A DNA stretch of 24,213 bases from the IMG/VR virus record IMGVR_UViG_3300037420_000514, positions 1-24,213 of that record; one strand, written 5' to 3'. The notes beneath the pieces were generated by a model, which did not search any database, was not told the DNA's origin, and saw nothing but the letters and a program-made list of their open reading frames with translations. The DNA is from a virus. Taxonomy: Duplodnaviria > Caudoviricetes. Made by a program: the position numbers and the translations under genes. Of this stretch, positions 21,497 to 24,213 are shown piece after piece (within the stretch, counting starts at the first letter, position 1; each line of letters opens with the position of its first letter).

Positions 21497-24213
21497 ATGG
21501 CGTACAACAGTAAAAACGACGAAGAATTACAGAGGTATATAGAATACCTGAAAGAACGCATGAACCGGCCGGATTACCAGCCAAAGAACTTATATCAGCC
21601 ACCGGCGAAACCGAAATCGGTTACGGTGAAGCAGGATACATCGAAAAAACATACGCTTTTAGACACCCTGAAAGACAGCTACAAGCGGGCGCAAGGGGAT
21701 AACGGAAAATGGGATTTAGGCGATGTGGGCCGGATGGTCAACTCCGATTATAACCCGTTTATGTCACCGACGCTAAGAATGCTTCAAGGGGCGATCAATC
21801 CCAACGATGCCAAACAATCCACCGGCTCGAACGGATTCTTAAAACAGTCCGGAGCAAGCCTTGTGGCCGGAACCGGGGATTTGGTCAAAGGACTAGGCGG
21901 AACGGCGCAATGGCTTTCAGACAAAGGAATTGGCAATCAATTTACCGCAGATTTAGGGGAGAAACTCTCCGATTTCGCCCAGGATAAGATGATCGACCCG
22001 TATGAAATGCCGACCTATGAAGGGGAATTCGGCTGGAAAACATTCGCGGACCCACGATTCTATTCCTCCAGTGTCGCACGGAGCATTCCGTTTGCCGCAA
22101 GCATGTTCATTCCAGGTATGGCCGGAGCGAAAGCGGGTGCCGCCATCGGGGGAGCTGCCGCAAACGGCATGAAACTCGGAGCCATCGGCAAGAACGTCCT
22201 GCGTTTAGTGGGCGGAGGTTTAGGCGCACACGCAGCGACCGGTCCGATGGAAGCGGCCTTTGAAGCCCAGGATGTGTACCATCAGGCATTAGAGGCAGGA
22301 CACGACGAAAAAACCGCTGACCAAATGGCGACCCAAGCGTTTTGGGATAACGAAAAAGTCTTAGCCGCGTCTCAAACACCGGAATTCATGATGATGTTCG
22401 GACCGTTATTGCGAAATAGTCCAGCCGGAAGTGTCGCCTCCAGCTTACTCAGCCGGATTGGCAAAGCAACAGGTGCCATCGCCGGTTCTGCCGCATTAGA
22501 GGGCGGGCAGGAATACGTCCAGCAAGGGATACAGGATAAAGCGCTTGGCAAGACGGACAGCATGTTTAAGCCTGCCGATATGAATTCAGCATTAGAAGCA
22601 GGAGCCGTCGGTGCGTTACTCGGCGGAGTGATGGCGGGGGCGGGCCGTTTTACGGAAGGGCGTCACCCAAACAATCCGACCAATCCAAACAATCAGCAAC
22701 CAAATAATCAGCAACAACCAAATACTCAGCAGGCGCCAAATCAACAACCGAACCAACAGCAGGCATCAAATAATCAACAGCAACCGAATACTCAGCAACA
22801 GCCAACCCAGCAGAACCAACAACAAGCGCCGAACCAGCAACAACCGACCCAAAAGGCACCGAATCAGCAACAGCCGACCTGGCAGCAACAATGGCAGCAA
22901 GCCCAGCAGGCCCTTGGCGGAGCGGACCCGCAAACGGTCCTTCGAAATAATATCCGCCAGCGTTTGTCCGCCGACTTGCAGGATGCCGTGGACTTCACGC
23001 GCGATCAGCTGGAAGCAGATAACCGTTACACGCCGGAAGAAATCGAGGATAAACTCGACGAATTTATCTTGCAACAGCCGGAAGGCCAAACACTGTTGGC
23101 GGAAGAATTTGCCCGCCTGAATGAACGGGTGAACCAAACCCAGGCGCCAACCAGCCCAACCCAGGCAGAAGCGGCAGTCCAGCAGGCTCAGCAAGCGAAT
23201 GCAGACCTGAATGCCCAGCTTCAACAGAACTTACAGCAGTTACAGCAAGCCGCGCAGGCCCAGCAAACCCAGGTGAATCAAGTGGTGGGGCAAGCGGACC
23301 AAATGCAACAGCAAGTGATGGGGCAACAACCACAAAAGACCGGCCAATTATCCGAGGACGCCGAAGGTATCGCCAATCTATTCAATGCGATGGGGTCTGG
23401 ATTCAAGGAAGCGGCAGACAAGCAACGAAATGAATTGCTGAAAAAAGACGGCTATTTGGAATATAAAAATCCCGCCGCGATTGATTTGTTCCGCCAGCAA
23501 AACCAAGGGTGGAGAGAAGAACCGCAGGCAGACGGCACGATTCGTTTTTATCCGCCGAAAGAAGCGGAACAAGCTGCCGATTTCCAAAAAGGCGATACGA
23601 TCACCAACGCATCCACCGGAGCTGTAGGGACTTATGACGGGGAAGCGAACCCGAAGAACGACAAACTATTTAAAGTCACCTTGCCGGACGGGAAAGTGCA
23701 GTTTTGGTCTAAGGGCAATATGCGCAAAGGCGATGTGTCCAGCAAGTTAGTGGAACCAAAAGACTTTGGGGATGTAGAACCGGATACAAGCGACTTAACC
23801 GAGGAAGAACAAGCGGCATTCCAAGCGGAACAAGAAAAACAAAAAACAGACCGCGAAGGGGAGACATTCCCGCTCGGTTCCAAGGTTAATGTCAAAAATT
23901 TAAGCGGCGAGTTCGAAGTCATGAAAAACCACGACGATGCGACCTTGACCGTAAAAGGGCCAAAAGGTAATGAGTTTACTGTCGGCCGTGCCGGGGCGAC
24001 ACCGGTACAGAAAGAAGCACCGAAACAGGAAGCGCCGAAAACAAAAGACGAAATGGAACGCAACCATCCAAATAAAGCGAAATTGTATGTTGGGGATAAA
24101 GTCGTCTTGAAGTTTACGAAGAAAAACGAGCCGCTTATCGTGGTATCAAAAGAAGATACGGGCTTTATGTCGCGATATGCAGACGAACCGCAAGGAAAAC
24201 CGTTTTTTGCCTA
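21497..24213 (+). CDS. Large putative ejection/DNA-delivery protein, partial (>900 aa, runs off the window)
   Basis: RBS then ATG 21497 (MAYNSKNDEELQRYIEYL...). Open at every segment I translated and absent from the ORF track, consistent with no stop before the window end. Gly/Ala hydrophobic segments, a Q/N/P tract, small beta-barrel-like units. Confidence 0.8.
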   Translation, partial: MAYNSKNDEELQRYIEYLKERMNRPDYQPKNLYQPPAKPKSVTVKQDTSKKHTLLDTLKDSYKRAQGDNGKWDLGDVGRMVNSDYNPFMSPTLRMLQGAINPNDAKQSTGSNGFLKQSGASLVAGTGDLVKGLGGTAQWLSDKGIGNQFTADLGEKLSDFAQDKMIDPYEMPTYEGEFGWKTFADPRFYSSSVARSIPFAASMFIPGMAGAKAGAAIGGAAANGMKLGAIGKNVLRLVGGGLGAHAATGPMEAAFEAQDVYHQALEAGHDEKTADQMATQAFWDNEKVLAASQTPEFMMMFGPLLRNSPAGSVASSLLSRIGKATGAIAGSAALEGGQEYVQQGIQDKALGKTDSMFKPADMNSALEAGAVGALLGGVMAGAGRFTEGRHPNNPTNPNNQQPNNQQQPNTQQAPNQQPNQQQASNNQQQPNTQQQPTQQNQQQAPNQQQPTQKAPNQQQPTWQQQWQQAQQALGGADPQTVLRNNIRQRLSADLQDAVDFTRDQLEADNRYTPEEIEDKLDEFILQQPEGQTLLAEEFARLNERVNQTQAPTSPTQAEAAVQQAQQANADLNAQLQQNLQQLQQAAQAQQTQVNQVVGQADQMQQQVMGQQPQKTGQLSEDAEGIANLFNAMGSGFKEAADKQRNELLKKDGYLEYKNPAAIDLFRQQNQGWREEPQADGTIRFYPPKEAEQAADFQKGDTITNASTGAVGTYDGEANPKNDKLFKVTLPDGKVQFWSKGNMRKGDVSSKLVEPKDFGDVEPDTSDLTEEEQAAFQAEQEKQKTDREGETFPLGSKVNVKNLSGEFEVMKNHDDATLTVKGPKGNEFTVGRAGATPVQKEAPKQEAPKTKDEMERNHPNKAKLYVGDKVVLKFTKKNEPLIVVSKEDTGFMSRYADEPQGKPFFA
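22666..22910 (+). repeat. Low-complexity Q/N/P coding repeats
   Basis: Encodes NPNNQQPNNQQQPNTQQAPNQQPNQQQASNNQQQPNTQQQPTQQNQQQAPNQQQPTQKAPNQQQPTWQQQWQQ. Confidence 0.8.

Noticed and set aside
3174-24063. Numerous minus-strand and alternate-frame ORFs in the track
   Set aside because: They are shadows of well-supported plus-strand genes, without RBS or recognisable motifs.

Overview
Segment of a tailed dsDNA phage or prophage of a Bacillales-like host (strong AAGGAGG-type RBSs, an L27-like LKLDLQFF motif). Almost all coding is on the + strand. Gene order: ~650-bp non-coding, highly structured left end; small accessory genes (KKPVVIEA-family protein, HNH endonuclease, two DUF2829/Tad2-like proteins, MazG-like protein); an intergenic region with two minus-strand promoter-terminator units; terminase large subunit; portal; scaffold; major capsid; fibre/carbohydrate-binding genes; two adaptor paralogs; nozzle; fibre; putative ejected proteins (including a transglycosylase-like and an NlpC/P60 hydrolase); and a large ORF running off the right end. 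No tail tube, sheath or tape measure is recognisable, so it is probably a podovirus. The ORF track misses two key RNA-level features. First, the terminase gene is broken inside its Walker A motif by 5 extra nt (GGT-TAG-GT-AAG) followed by a hairpin, which suggests translational recoding if it is not a sequence error. Second, the major capsid gene is split by an ORF-less 249-nt group I intron (9148-9396). There is also an unassigned ~280-nt multi-stem, pseudoknotted RNA candidate at 36-317. All family assignments come from motif recognition by eye; no searches or folding programs were run.
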